Positions 1 through 12,960 of a DNA stretch of 64,000 nt are shown here, one piece after another. A program made the position numbers and the translations under genes. The first letter of the stretch is position 1. Every line of letters begins with the position of its first letter. Below the pieces are notes generated by a model. It was not told where the DNA came from and did not search any database. It was given only the letters and a program-made list of their open reading frames with translations. The DNA comes from Octopus sinensis (taxonomy: Eukaryota), in assembly GCF_006345805.1 (NCBI RefSeq), contig NW_021836158.1, positions 5,360 through 69,359 of the forward strand, in the 5' to 3' direction.

Positions 1-837
1 CAGTTTCTGTACCCGTTTCCTCTGCTAACCATTCTAAAGACTGCATTGTATACCATTTTTCTTGCAATATCATATATTTTATAGGATGACAAGTATTACT
101 GTCATTATATTTTTGTACAGCTACAATAATGTAAACAATATTCAACAAAAATTCTACATGACCAGCAATGCTTGTAGAATTTGGGTGTATTGCAAATATA
201 CTATCCTTTTTGTAACTAAAAAGTCTTTGTTGATATTTCTTGTTTTTGGTTGCCAAAGCATACCTCTCAAAAGGAAAATTAGCTGTCACTTTTTTCAGCT
301 TTTCTCAAAAGGAAAATTAGCTGTCATTTTTCTCAGTTTTTCTCAATTCTTTTTATCCTTGTTAGTATCATTCAGTCAACATAGTCTTGCATCATTAACT
401 ATTGGGGAAAAAATAAGTAAACAGACAAACCAATAAATATGTGAATTCTATGCATATTTTTCCTTAATATTCATTAATTTCAAATTCAAGTTTCTAATCC
501 CACCAAATATTATGAAAAGACAATTATCACCCTTGTATCACTTGTCCACTTGGAGATGATGCATGTACAAAGTCATCCTTTCAAAATTTCATCAACCTAA
601 TCATCTAGGATATACATTTATGGCCATTCAGTTCAAAATATTTATTTCTCATTATTATGTATTCAGTTAGTGGCATTTCATCTGTCTTTACTTTCTGAGT
701 TCAAATTCTGCTGAGGTCAGCTTTGTCTTTCATCCTTTCAAGGTTGATTAAATAAGTACCAGTTGAGCACTAAGGTCAATATAATCTATCAATATAATCT
801 ATCTATCTATCTGCCTGTCTGTCTATCTATCTATGTA

Positions 838-1560
838 TAATAATAATAATAATGAAATTAGTGTATACAGTGCTCTGGTGCACCACAACTTGTCAAAAGT
901 GCGTACAAAGCATATGCAGTAATGTACAAATGTCTGGAAAGTGAACAGTGTATGAGTCAGATGCATGCCTGCATATGTATGGAAGGGAGAAAATCAGGTG
1001 TAGTGTTAGCGAATCTCAGGAAGCATGGAAGTTTTGAAGGATGCAGTGCTCCGACAACTAACAACTGATGCCAGCAGTTTGTTCCATGCTTCAGCCACTC
1101 TTAGCATGAAAAAATGTTTCTGAAAGCTGTTTTCTGACTTTGTAAACATGTCCACGGGTGTTAGACGGGTGGAGTTTGAAAAGGTGCTCAGAGTTATTGT
1201 TTGTAAGATAGTTAATAATTTTATGGGTGTCTGCCAAGTCAGCTGCCAGACGTTGATAGTTTCAGTGTATCTATGCCCAGGGAAGTAAGGCATTCAGAAT
1301 ATGGCAAATGCCTGATGGAAGGTATTCTCTTGGTTGCACGTCACTGAACGGCTTCCAGGTGATTAATATCCTGGGCAAGATAGGGGTTCCAGACTGGTGA
1401 TGCAAATTCCAGGTGAGGTCGCACCATAGCTATATAAAGCCGCAGATAGATAGCTGGAGAGTGGCTCACAAAGGACTTGGTGAGTGATGCCAAGACACCC
1501 TCAGGCCTCTTGGCAATTTTAGCAAATCGCTGTCGACAATAATGCCCAGGTCAGGTTCAC
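838..1560 (-). mobile_element. CR1-clade LINE 3' fragment (RT C-terminus, 3' UTR, (ATT)n tail), decayed
   Basis: Minus-strand translation gives DLGIIVDSD..LYIAMVRPHLEFASPVWNPYLAQDINHLEAVQ*RATKRIP and FFMLRVAEAWNKLLASVVSCRSTASFK, typical CR1 RT C-terminal motifs, with stops and frameshifts. It ends in an (ATT)n tail. Confidence 0.9.
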
Positions 1561-1587
1561 AAGTATATATATATATATATATATATA

Positions 1588-1798
1588 CTTTTCTACTTCA
1601 GGCACAAGGCCTAAGATTTTTGGGGAGAGGACCAGTTGATTAGATCGACCCCAGTACGTAACTGGTACTTAATTTATCGACCCTGAAAGGATGAAAGGCA
1701 AAGTCAACCTCAGTGGCGTTTGAATTCAGAACGTAATGACAGGCGAAATGCCACTAAGGATTTTGCCCAGCATGCTAATGATCCTGCCAGCTCGCCAC
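1588..1798 (-). mobile_element. SINE family B (head GGCGAGCTGGCAGAA..GAGTTCAAATTCCGCCGAGGTCGACTTTGCC)
   Basis: Matches the many other copies in the window (e.g. 26030-26250). It has degenerate Pol III A/B-box-like motifs. Further decayed copies lie near 660-790, 6340-6440, 25345-25545, 26350-26490, 36690-36870, 59820-60500 and 60590-60710. Confidence 0.8.
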
Positions 1799-1856
1799 TA
1801 TAGAAATAAGGCCAAAAACAGACAATTGGAGCCTGGATAGCTCTCTGGCTGTCCAG

Positions 1857-2836
1857 CTATCATTATCATTTAATATTTGTTTTCCATGATAGCATGGGTA
1901 GGAAACGTTTGACAGGAACTGGCCAGCTGAAGAGCTGTCCCAGCTCCATGTGTGTTTGGGCATGGCTTCTATGGTTGGATGCCTTTTCTAATGCCAACCA
2001 GCTTACAGAATGTACTGGGTGCTTTTATGCAGCACTGGCATGGGTGTGTTTATGTGGCACCAGTATGGGTGCATTTTACATGGCACCAACACCCATGAAC
2101 CCACAAGTTTAGGAATGCCCAGTTAGAGAGGGTTGCAAGGGACATACCTCTATACAAGGATAATTAGCTTGATGTGTCTTCTCAAGCACAGCAAACCACC
2201 AGGTATCTCATTCCCTTGTCATCCTTTCTGTGGTACCAACACCTGAAGATCCTTTACACCACTTCATCCCACCTCTTCCTGGGTCTGCCCATTCTACATT
2301 TTCCCTCCACAAATACATGATGAGCACCTCATGATGCAACAGTCTTCATTCATATGCATTACATGACCATACATGACCATAGGCACAGGAGTGGCTGTGT
2401 GGTAAGTAGCTTGCTAACCAACCACATGGTTCCGGGTTCAGTCCCACTGCGTGGCATCTTGGGCAAGTGTCTTCTGCTATAGCCCCGGGCCGACCAATGC
2501 CTTATGAGTGAATTTGGTAGATGGAAACTGAAAGAAGCCTGTCGTATATATGTATATATATATGTGTCTGTGTGTGTTTGTGTGTCTGTGTTTGTCCTCC
2601 TTGTGTGTTTACGTCCCCGTCACTTAGCAGTTCAGCAAAAGAGACCGATAGAATAAGTACTGGGCTTACAAAGAATAAGTCCTGGGGTCGATTTGCTCAA
2701 CTAAAAGGCGGTGCTCCAGCATGGCCGCAGTCAAATGACTGAAACAAGTAAAAGAGAGTAAAAGAGAATACCAGCACAGTCTTCTCTTCTGTACACTACA
2801 AGTCTTCTCTCCTCTATACTACAAGTCTCCTCTCTG
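1857..2836 (-). mobile_element. RTE-clade LINE 3' fragment, interrupted by a family-A SINE
   Basis: Minus strand encodes decayed EERRL..VEGKCRMGRPRKRWDEVV, matching the RTE ORF at 33155-33508. It is followed by the TTAGAAAAGGCATCCAACC-type 3' UTR and a (GAT)n-like tail. Confidence 0.75.
2382..2768 (+). mobile_element. SINE family A (tRNA-like head, CORE-like CTTGGGCAAGTGTCTT segment, internal TA/TG microsatellite, GAGTAAAAGAG tail)
   Basis: Head GGCACAGGAGTGGCTGTGTGGTAAG, B box GGTTCAGTCCC. Shares its full length with more than 10 copies in the window. Confidence 0.9.
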
Positions 2837-2847
2837 ATATATATACA

Positions 2848-3349
2848 CTAGCAGTATCGCCCGGCGTTGCTCGGGTTTGTAAGGAAATAACTATATAAGC
2901 ATTTTTAGAGAGTACTTCCCTTATAAATTCAGGCTTTCTTAGCCATTTTGTTTTTGGTATCTTCAGCCAGATGAGCGTTGTTCTAAAAGAACGCTGGTTT
3001 CCTTCACAACGCATTACGACGTTGATTTCTTTACACTCCCTTCCCCACAGCTTCACGAGGGAGGGAAGGGGGAGAAGCAAACAGGTGGACTGTGAGCGTG
3101 GACGCCAACTCCGCCGCCATCGACACACGATGCATTTTATGCATTAAAATGGAATAAAAAATGATGTTAAATTATTTTTAAAATTGTAGACTCATCGTTG
3201 ACGCGCGCTAATAGTCAGACGGGCTCGATATGAATCACGACTATAAGATACCCGGTTTTGGTTAAACTGCACCGCAAAATGTGGGAGGAGTTAGGAATCT
3301 AAATCGAAGGGGACAGACACTCACACAACTAGAGTTTTATATATATAGA
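2848..3349 (-). mobile_element. Non-autonomous Helitron
   Basis: Minus strand begins A|TCTATATATATAAAA and ends CCCGAGCAACGCCGGG (hairpin) ..CTAG|T. This gives a 5' TC, a 3' hairpin plus CTAG, an A|T target and no TSD. Confidence 0.85.
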
Positions 3350-4214
3350 TATCATACACAGATAGGGTCACAATCCAAGCTGTGACCTCATGAAGCACAT
3401 GTACAAATTCCAGTGCTCAAAAGTTTTATGTAGATTTTATAATAGTGTGAGGCATGTATAAGAGTTGAAAAATACTGGAAACTAGTATTTGCTGAGTAAT
3501 TACATATGTGTCTGTGCGTGCATGTGTGCGTGTACGTGTATCTGTGTAAACATGTGTGTTTAAATATGTATGTATATACACATTTTCCCCTTATCAAAGT
3601 ATTTTCTCATCACTTATTTTATAATTGCTTCGAACATATCTCTTCAATCACCTCACATTTTATGTCCATCTGTTTATCTGACCGTTTGCCTACCTTCCTG
3701 TCTGTATGTTTAGTTTGATTACAAACGTAATTATATATGAATATGACTACCTAATACTCCATTTGTCTGTTTATCTGTTAATCAAGAGCCATGTAAACTT
3801 GTCTTCATTCTCTCTCACTTGAGCGAAGGCAAATGAGAATGAAGAATATATATCATTAAAAATGAATAAAAGCGAGAAATAAAACAAAAATTCCAAAGAG
3901 AATCAAACTTTCTGAGTTTCCATAAATGGATAAATCCCAAAATATTGTACAAGTGATTTGTTGTAATGAATAATCAATCATTTGTTTTATAAGGGATCAC
4001 TATCGTCAATTGAATCAAACTCAGCATATTATTGATAATTACTGGTATTTATATGTATTCCATTGTTATGAAAAGAGAAGGCAATAATAGCTGCTTTTGA
4101 ATGAATAAAGAATAGATTTCAGAAAGTAAAAACTTTCAGGCATTTAGGTTGGTGCTCTATCATTTCTGTCAATTATTTGTGCCTGTTAGGAAAGAGAGTT
4201 AACAAAAGACTTTC

Positions 4215-4396
4215 TTGATAAATATACCATATATGTGTGTATGTGTGGTGTGTGTGTGTTCATACGTACATACATACATATATGTGTATGTACGTGTATA
4301 TATGTATATATGTGTATATATATATGTATATACATACACACACATATGTATTTATGTGTGTGTGCATGTATATATATGTTATAACATTTATATCTG

Positions 4397-4428
<32 letters not shown>

Positions 4429-4525
4429 CCTATGATCTATATATTATCATTTATATATATGTATGTATGATTATATATATATATATATATTATTATGTAT
4501 GTATGTATGTATGTATATATATATG

Positions 4526-4593
<68 letters not shown>

Positions 4594-4772
4594 TACACAT
4601 ACACTACACACATGTACATATGCCATATGTGTAAATATGTACATATAATATATAGATAGATAGATAGATATATACATATGTGTGTGTGTGTGTTTGTGTG
4701 TATATATAAGCATCATACTTAATAGTATATCTATATATGTATAATGCATTCATACCTATATATAATATATAA

Positions 4773-4860
<88 letters not shown>
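4215..4860. repeat. Compound (TA)n/(TG)n/(TATC)n microsatellite block
   Basis: Directly visible simple repeats. They are the source of several spurious YI/CV-rich ORFs. Confidence 0.95.
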
Positions 4861-4863
<3 letters not shown>

Positions 4864-5555
4864 GAAGAGAGAGGAGTTGATAGAGAGGGAGAGCTGTCCA
4901 AGTTAGTGGAGAGCACAGGAAACATGTTAGACAGAACTTTTCACCTGAGCAACAATATTAATGTTAGATTTTTATTTTAACATCATAGCAACACACCCCT
5001 CACTTTGCTTTATATCTTCATCTCTATAAAGGATTTCAAGAAGTCACTTTAATCATTTTTGGCAGCTTTCTCATTCCATAGTTTTCTGGTTTCATCCATA
5101 AGACCAATAAGTAAAAACCCTTCCTTGCAGCTAGAGGTTTAAAGCAAAAGATTTTACTATCAACCATACAACACAAAGAGGAAATTACACCTATAATTTC
5201 AGTCGTCGAAAATGATTTGAAAAAGCAGAGAACTGATGCCAAAATGTAGCCAAGATTTCCCCTTGAACAAAAGGCACAGTGACATTGTAGAAAGATCAAA
5301 AGACCGAAGAATAGTTCTATGTTTAATGACTAATTTCCTGCCTTAAGGTGGCTTGTCTTGATAATCGCTCAAATATTGGTTGGTAATAAAAAGGTAGCAC
5401 ACACACAGAGCCAGATATATTTTATGTATGTGGAGTAGATTGCATATACACCTACTATGACATAGAAATCTATACACACATTTCCATATAATCACAGTCA
5501 CATGTGTGTTAAAAAAAAAAGATTAAGATGACACATGCACTTCAAAATACTCATA

Positions 5556-5590
<35 letters not shown>

Positions 5591-5860
5591 ATGTATGCAA
5601 GTATGAGTATGTGTATGTATGCTTATATGAGTATATGTATGTATGAATATATGTCATATGTATGTATGAGTATATACATGTATGTATGTATGCATGTGTC
5701 TATCTATTTATCTATCTATCTATCTATCTTTCTATCTATCTAAAAGTCTCTTGCTTTCTCTCTAACACACTCACACAGAGACACACACACATGCACACAT
5801 ACAAACATGCATCTATATCTACATGTATCTGTATATGCATGCGTGTGTGTATATACATAC

Positions 5861-5895
<35 letters not shown>

Positions 5896-5957
5896 AACAC
5901 ACGTTATACACACACATAGATAAATATATGTATGTATATATATATATGTATATATAT

Positions 5958-5997
5958 ATTGTCTGATGAACAGGAACGTGAAACTCTGAGTAGTAAT
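5958..5997 (+). ncRNA. Candidate minimal type I hammerhead ribozyme in a Penelope-like terminal-repeat fragment (~5958-6110)
   Basis: ATTGT-CTGATGA-AC(AGGAAC)GT-GAAA-CTCTGAG-TA-GTAAT. Core is intact, helix III ACTC-T-GAGT is self-complementary, helix II is only 2 bp and helix I has G-U wobbles. The fragment sits between (TA)n tracts. Confidence 0.5.
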
Positions 5998-7071
5998 TTA
6001 TTTGTGATATTTTTGCAGCTTTAATAATAATAACGTATATTACTCTAGCTCCTGTATTTGAGTACTATTTTTCCCCACCTTGTTTCATATTTATATGCTT
6101 ACTTTGGTATATATATATATTAACACAGATTTATGCATAAGATATTTAGAAGATGCCTACATATCCTGAAATAGAGATAGAAGTGGACAATTTATATAAA
6201 TGCATAATAGTAATTAACCTTCTACAGACACATGTACACACACACACATGTACACACACACTAACACATTCAGAAATGTATAGAAGTACAAAAAAGGTAG
6301 CAGATTGACAGAACCATTAGAATATTGAAACGAAAACCTTACAGTATTCATTTTGACTTTTCTACCTTGTGAGTTCAAATTCTGCAAATGTCAACTTTAC
6401 TTTTTCATCCTTTCAAAGTCTGTAAGTAAAATACCATTCCAGTTTCGGTGAGGGTTTATTTTCTTTCTCTCTCTCTCTCTCTCCCTCCCTTTTTCTTTGT
6501 TTTCCTATTTTACTCAGAATTCTACCTAGCTTAATTTCATTAACTGTACATGCGTCTGTGGAATATTTAATTGTTTCCTCATTAATTCCTTGAGTAGGAA
6601 TTCAGTTACTCAACCAACTCCATTCACATCGTTAAGGCTGACAGAGAATCTGTCATATAAAGCTATACACATTTCAGATCCTGTATTTTTTGCTCTTTAT
6701 ATCTCAATTGTGTTTGATTACAACTTCAGAGACTTAGATAAGGCAGCCAGACTTGTTTCTTGTATTAATGGAGGATTGATTAATTGCCATTAACTCAAAA
6801 CAAATATACTGAACAGGGCAAAATTTATTCATATCATGCTTTTTACTGATGATATAGCACTTATGGCCACAGTTTTGTTGATGCACAATTAATTGTGGAA
6901 CGTTTATCACATGCTGTTTAGCTTAAAGGAAATGAAATTCACCAACCCAAAACAACCCTTAAGCAAAAGGTGCAAAAATCATTCAGTTACCTATATTTTC
7001 TTTAAAAAATCACATGCAGTGGATGACCATCATCATATGTAAAAATCTTTTCTCTGTTTGGGCAGTATATC

Positions 7072-7678
7072 TGTTTCTTTATTACCTACAAGGGGTTAGT
7101 GGAGGCGCAATGGCCCAGTGGTTAGGGCAGCGGACTCGCGGTCATAGGATCGCGGTTTCGATTCCCAGACCGGGCGTTGTGAGTATTTAAAAAGCTCCAC
7201 GAGGCTCTGGCAGGGGGTGGTGGTGATCCCTACTGTACTCTTTCACCACAACTTTCTCTCACTCTTACTTCCTGTTTCTGTTGTACCTGTATTTCAAGGG
7301 GCCGGCCTTGTCACTCTCTGTGTCACGCTGAATATCCCCGAGAACTACGTTAAGGGTACACGTGCCTGTGCACTTACACGTTAATTTCATGAGCAGGCTG
7401 TTCCGTTGATTCGGATCAACCGGAACCCTCATCGTCGTAACCGACAGAGTGCTTCCACCACAAGGGGTTAAGCATAGAGGGGACAAACAAGGACAGACAA
7501 ACGGATTAAGTCGATTATATCGACCCCAAGTGCGTAACTGGTACTTAATTTATCGACCCCGAAAGGATGAAAGACAAAGTCGACCTTGGCGGAATTCGAA
7601 CTCAGAACGTAACGGCAGACGAAATACGGCTGCGCAGTTCGCCCGGCGTGCTACCGGTTCTGCCAACTCGGCGCCTTA
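7072..7678 (-). mobile_element. SINE family B' (young subfamily) with 18-bp TSD, interrupted by a family-C SINE
   Basis: TSD CTGTTTGGGCAGTATATC at 7054-7071 and 7679-7696. Confidence 0.9.
7100..7457 (+). mobile_element. SINE family C (tRNA-derived head TGGCCCAGTGG..GGTTTCGATTCC)
   Basis: A and B boxes are visible. Near-identical to 21281-21675 and 38880-39265. Flanked by an ACAAGGGGTTA duplication. Confidence 0.9.
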
Positions 7679-7910
7679 CTGTTTGGGCAGTATATCCACT
7701 TCTCCTGGATGATGTAGTCGTAATAAGTCATGCAAAGGAATTTTCTACTTTAACCTTTTTTGTTACCAGCCTGGCTGAAACCACCTCTGGATCTGTAGTA
7801 CAAATGTCTTGTTTTCATAAGTTCTGAATTAAAATTTTCTACCAAACCTTAGTCCCAATTTATGGTCCTAACACTAGCTTAATGATAACTAAGTTATTTT
7901 ACTAAATTCT

Positions 7911-8158
7911 TTGTGGCATGTTAAAAGCACCAACCGATCGTGGCCGATGCCAGACCCCCCTGGCACCTGTACAAGTGGCACGTAAAAAGCACCCACTACA
8001 CTCGCGGAGTGGTTGGCGTTAGGAAGGGCATCCAGCTGTAGAAACACTGCCAGATCAGACTGGAGCCTGGCGCAGCCCTGGCTTCCCAGACCCCGGTCGA
8101 ACCGTGCAACCCGTGCTAGCGCGGAAAACGGACGTTAAACGATGATGATGATGATGAT
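7911..8158 (+). mobile_element. 5'-truncated RTE LINE 3' end with (GAT)n tail
   Basis: GCACCCACTACACTC..GGCGTTAGGAAGGGCATCCAGCTGTAGAAAC..GGACGTTAAACGATGATG, the same 3' end that follows the RTE ORF at 33155-34140. Confidence 0.85.
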
Positions 8159-8561
8159 TTAAAGTAACTGAAAGAAACACAGAGCATCTCAAAAGAAATA
8201 CAGTAACAAAAGGGTTAATGAACTGCAATATCACGTTTTGAAGATGGAAATCGATGTATATGAAGCTGAAGTCCTCTTTGTCTTGCTCTCTGAGGTTCAT
8301 TCAGAATAATTAGATACTTTCCACATGTGTTATTTCCACGGCAGTTATGGGTATACATGAGAAGACATAAAGCCAACTTTTTCAAGAAACACAACCCTTA
8401 ATGTTTTGAAGTTTCTTTTATCCAAGAAATGTACAACCATAAACTATTTAGAATCATAGTTTGTCTAGAGAATGTGAGCTGGTGGTTACTTATAAAGGAA
8501 GGCAACTTCCTTTATAAATAATCCCTTGTCTAAATACTCTGGATAAACTATGATCCAGAAT

Positions 8562-8950
8562 TACTCTTTACTCTTTTTCTCTTTTACTTGTTTCAGTCAT
8601 TTGACTGCGGCCATGCTGGAGCAACACCTTTAATCGAGCAAGTCGACCCCGGGACTTATTCTTTTGTAAGCCCAGCACTTATTCTATCGGTCTCTTTTGC
8701 CAAACCGCTAAGTAACGGGGACATAAACACACCAGCATTGGTTGTCAAGCAATGCTAGGGGGACAAACACAGACACACAAACACACACACGCATATATAT
8801 ATATATATATATACATATGTACAACGAGCTTCTTTCAGTTTCCATTTACCAAATCCACTCACATTTGCCTAAGGTGCCATGCAGTGGGACTGAACTCGGA
8901 ACCATGTGGTTGGTAAACAAGCTACTTACCACACAGCCACTCCTGCGCCT
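8562..8950 (-). mobile_element. SINE family A
   Basis: Reverse complement of 2382-2768 with a small internal deletion. Confidence 0.9.
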
Positions 8951-9285
8951 GTTTGTGGTTGTATATTTTATATTGTATCAGTAGTTGTTATTTAGCCTAT
9001 AATCCAGTCTTGATGCAATGTATCAACACACAAAACATTCCAGCTGTGACCATCTCATTTTTATATTCTCTAAAGGATATTTTCAGGTTTAGTAATATAT
9101 CTATGTTTAAGTTATCTTATGTATTCTTTCGTTTTCAAGGAAATATAGTGTGATTTCTGTGTGGTTTAATTCTATTTCTTACAAGTTGAACGACCTCTTT
9201 AACTCAATTAAATAGCACTTGGTTATATGAGCTGCAATGCTGTAAGCTTCTTTGCTGAACAATTTCAATTTGTGGATAGAAAAAG

Positions 9286-9423
9286 ATAGAGTAAGGAAAG
9301 TGTTCAGATGGATAGAGTAAAGAAAGTGTTCAGATAGAGTAAAGTGTTCAGATGGATAGAGTAAAGAAAGTGTTCAGATAGAGTAAAGTGTTCAGATGGA
9401 TAGAGTAAAGAAAGTGTTCAGAT
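9286..9423. repeat. Minisatellite of alternating 26-bp and 18-bp units (44-bp higher-order period)
   Basis: ATGGATAGAGTAAAGAAAGTGTTCAG alternates with ATAGAGTAAAGTGTTCAG. Confidence 0.9.
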
Positions 9424-10745
9424 GGTATGAAATTCAAGATAAAGACAGCACATTTAAGACAGAATCCAGATATGAAATGGCACAATGCATGAGAAAAAAA
9501 TGATGCTGTTAAATTGTGTGAAGCTGAGATCCTAGTAGTTGTCGTTTACATAATCAAAGAAACAGGAGGAGAATGAACATTGGAGTTATGTTAATGGGAA
9601 GACAGATACAATTTTGTTGAGTAAGAATTAAGTACTTAAATCCTTAAAATCCTTAAAAATGTTTTAGCCCGAAGGCCGCGGCCATGCTGTGTGTAAATAT
9701 TAAATGTGAAGCACAGAGTTTACTGCATTTGGCCAGTCAGAGTTAAGGCAATATCTAAGTAAGAGTACAATATTGTACACAAGTAGATACAAAAAACTAT
9801 CATATTTAAAAATGTAAAAAAACTGAGGTTAATTACTCAGGGACACTTCTGCATGAAAAAAGACAAAAAACAACAGTTAAATAGTTAGCAATTAGCGTAG
9901 AGAGCATTAAAGTTCTAATCAAGAATATTTATGTGGGGAAGGAAAGATATTAGTGACGAACTCTAGTCATGTTTCAATCTTATAAGACCTCCTCAGCAAA
10001 GTACAGACTTTGCTATTCTTGATAATGAGGTGATGACAGAACCATTTACCAGGTGTGCAATATTGTACATGAACAGGTGTGACAATTATGTGATCTGAGT
10101 AATGTCAGGGATAGTGATGTGAAATTGTATATGTGCAGGTATCACAACTAAGGTCTGAGTACTGCAGTGAGAAGAGGTATGAAGAAGAGGCAGGGGACAG
10201 AAACAGCAGATGTTGAGAATAGTTTATGTGACGATGGAAACTAAATTCTTTGAGCAGTTACAACAGAAATCTCTGTCCCTTGTAAACTTTGGTTTGTCCT
10301 CTCAGATTCGATACTCGGTGTGTGTGTGTGGCTGGAGGGAGGGTGGTGTGGCAATAAATATAAATCTTTGGTTGTAATTTTGATAACCAGTCATGTCTTC
10401 CATTTTAGTGCTATTCCTGCCTCAAGAATACTATTTACATTTTGCCTTTGTCTTTCACTGTCTAAAATTTTAAGTCTTGACTTTACTCAACAGGCGGTGA
10501 AGGGCATGGTTGGAACATGCTTATTTACCAGACTCCACCTCACCCACCTCACATGACCTAATATATGAAATACATTTGGGCCTCAATGCTGTCATTCAAC
10601 CTGATACAAATAGCCTGAACTCATCTACAGGTGTTTTTAGGAAGACCTGCATAATGGCTATAAGTGCAGTTTGGCACTCTTGACATTTTCTCAGCTTTTT
10701 GAAAAAAAAAATTCTCTGTCTCCATTAGTAACATCAATACTACTT

Positions 10746-11185
10746 TCAAATTTTGGCACAATGCTTGCAAGTTAGGGGAAGAATAAGTGGATTACATCGA
10801 CCCCAATGCTCAACAGGTACTTATTCTGGCAGAAACGTTAGCACGCCGGGCGAAATGCTTAGCGGTATTTCGTCTGCGTTACGTTGTGAGTTCAAATTCC
10901 GCCGAGGTTGACTTTGCTTTTCTTCCTTTCGGGGTCGATAAATTAAGTACCAGTTACGCACTGGGGTCGATGTAATCGATTTAATCTGTTTGTCTGTCCT
11001 TGTTTGTCCCCTCTGTGTTAAGCCCCTTGTGAGTAGTAAAGAAATAGGTACTTATTCTATTGACCTTGAAAGGATGAAAGGCAAAGTTGACCTCAGCAGA
11101 ATTTGAAATCAGAATATAGAGATGGGCAAAATACCACTAAGCATTTTGCCTGGCATACTCACGATTCTGTCAGCTCACCGCCTTC
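10746..11185 (-). mobile_element. Old family-B SINE hosting an opposite-strand family-B' SINE (10828-11045)
   Basis: The inner copy is flanked by the 13-bp TSD AGGTACTTATTCT (10815-10827, 11046-11058). Confidence 0.85.
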
Positions 11186-11759
11186 CTAATAATATGACTA
11201 CTGCTGAGTGGTTTACATTCTCTATTAAGGTGCAGAAGCTTACAAAATATGACGTCTAATATGGCCTGTTACTCAGTATGAAAGCTGTGGCTAGCAAAGC
11301 AAAGCCTACTCTGTGTTGAGTAACAAAAAATAAATTCAGATGGGTAGAATGTGTCCAAAAAGCTCATATTTGGCCATGTAGTCATGCCATAAAATGTGAA
11401 GTACCACCAATTAATAAGTTCATTGAGACATTACCTGCTGTAGTAGTGATAAAGGAAACATAATCTTTGATCAGTGATGTTCCAGATATCACCCCTCTGT
11501 CTTTTGGTCTATTGGAATTACATTGTCCAGTATATCCTTATCTAATTAACACTGCCATCACCATCATCATTGTTTGATGTCTACTTTCCATGCTGTAGTG
11601 AGTGGTATGAGGGATCTTTGACTGCTATTTCTAGCAGGTCAAGTGACTGAATAGAAGCTCCCTTCATTGGCTTATGTGTGCTTGTATATATGAAGATGGC
11701 AGTGGTGGTCAATCATTTTGTACGTAACCAGATCTGCTTTCAAACACACAAATACTGAT

Positions 11760-12960
11760 ACATACATGTAATTTCAATCGCAGACACATGCTCAAACATA
11801 CACACACACTCACGGACTCTCAATAAATGCACATATACACAACCAAATACATAAACATGATCAAACACTCACACATACACACACACATTCGCACTCACAT
11901 ACACACACAGATTCGCACTCACATACACACACACACACTTGTACTGACATTCATTGACACACACATACACATGCACACAATCACACACACACACACAACA
12001 CACACACTTGTACTAACTCACATTTACTCACACAAACACACACAAATACATACACACACACCACACACAAATGCACACAATCGCACATGCACACGCACAC
12101 ACACACACATGCAAACATACTCACACACACTTGTACTAACTCACAATCACACAAACACACACAAACATACACATACACACACAAACACACAACACACACA
12201 AACACACAAACACAATACACACACACACACACACACACACACTTGTACTAACATTCACTCACACACACATGGCGACACACACAAACACACACAGGTACAC
12301 AGACACACACACACACACACTTGTACTAATTCACATTCAAACACACAAACTCACATTTGCGTGCACACTCACACACATACACACACAGACACACACACTC
12401 ACACAAACACACATGCACGTGCACACACACAAAGGCACATAAATGCACATACGCACACACACAGACACACATACTCACACACACTTGTACTCACATTCAC
12501 TCACACAAACACACAAACAAACATGCATGTGCACACACACTTACACATACACACAGGACACGCATACACACTTGTACTAACTCACATTCACTCACACAAA
12601 CACACATGGACATACACACACACAAACACACACAATTACACACAAACACACACAATTACACACACACAGACACACATACACACTTGCACTAACTCACATT
12701 CACTCACACAAACACACATGGACATACACACACACAAACACACACAATTACACACAAACACACACAATTACACACACACAGACACACATACACACTTGCA
12801 CTAACTCACATTCACTCACACAAACACACATGGACATACACACACACACAAACACAGAGAATTACACACAGAATTACACAACACACACACACACACACAC
12901 ACAATCACATGCACAGATATATGCATTTTTATAGAAAATCATATGAACTTCAGATGTGGC
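11760..12960. repeat. CA-rich complex minisatellite; terminal part has a 112-bp period
   Basis: The motif CACTTGTACTAACTCACATTCACTC recurs. Anchors at 12571, 12683 and 12795 are 112 bp apart. Confidence 0.9.

Noticed and set aside
5040-5300. Short open frames on both strands (e.g. CKEGFLLIGLMDETRKLWNEKAAKND*)
   Set aside because: No recognisable homology and weak splice signals.
7100-7175. tRNA-like sequence (also at 21600-21675, 36510-36585, 39190-39265)
   Set aside because: A/B boxes are present but there is no acceptor stem, and the sequence runs into SINE bodies with TSDs. These are SINE heads, not tRNA genes.
10489-10560. Possible terminal exon GEGHGWNMLIYQTPPHPPHMT*
   Set aside because: Only an AG acceptor and a short frame; no recognisable domain or partner exon.
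11827-12804. 325-aa His/Thr-rich ORF
   Set aside because: CA-repeat artefact.
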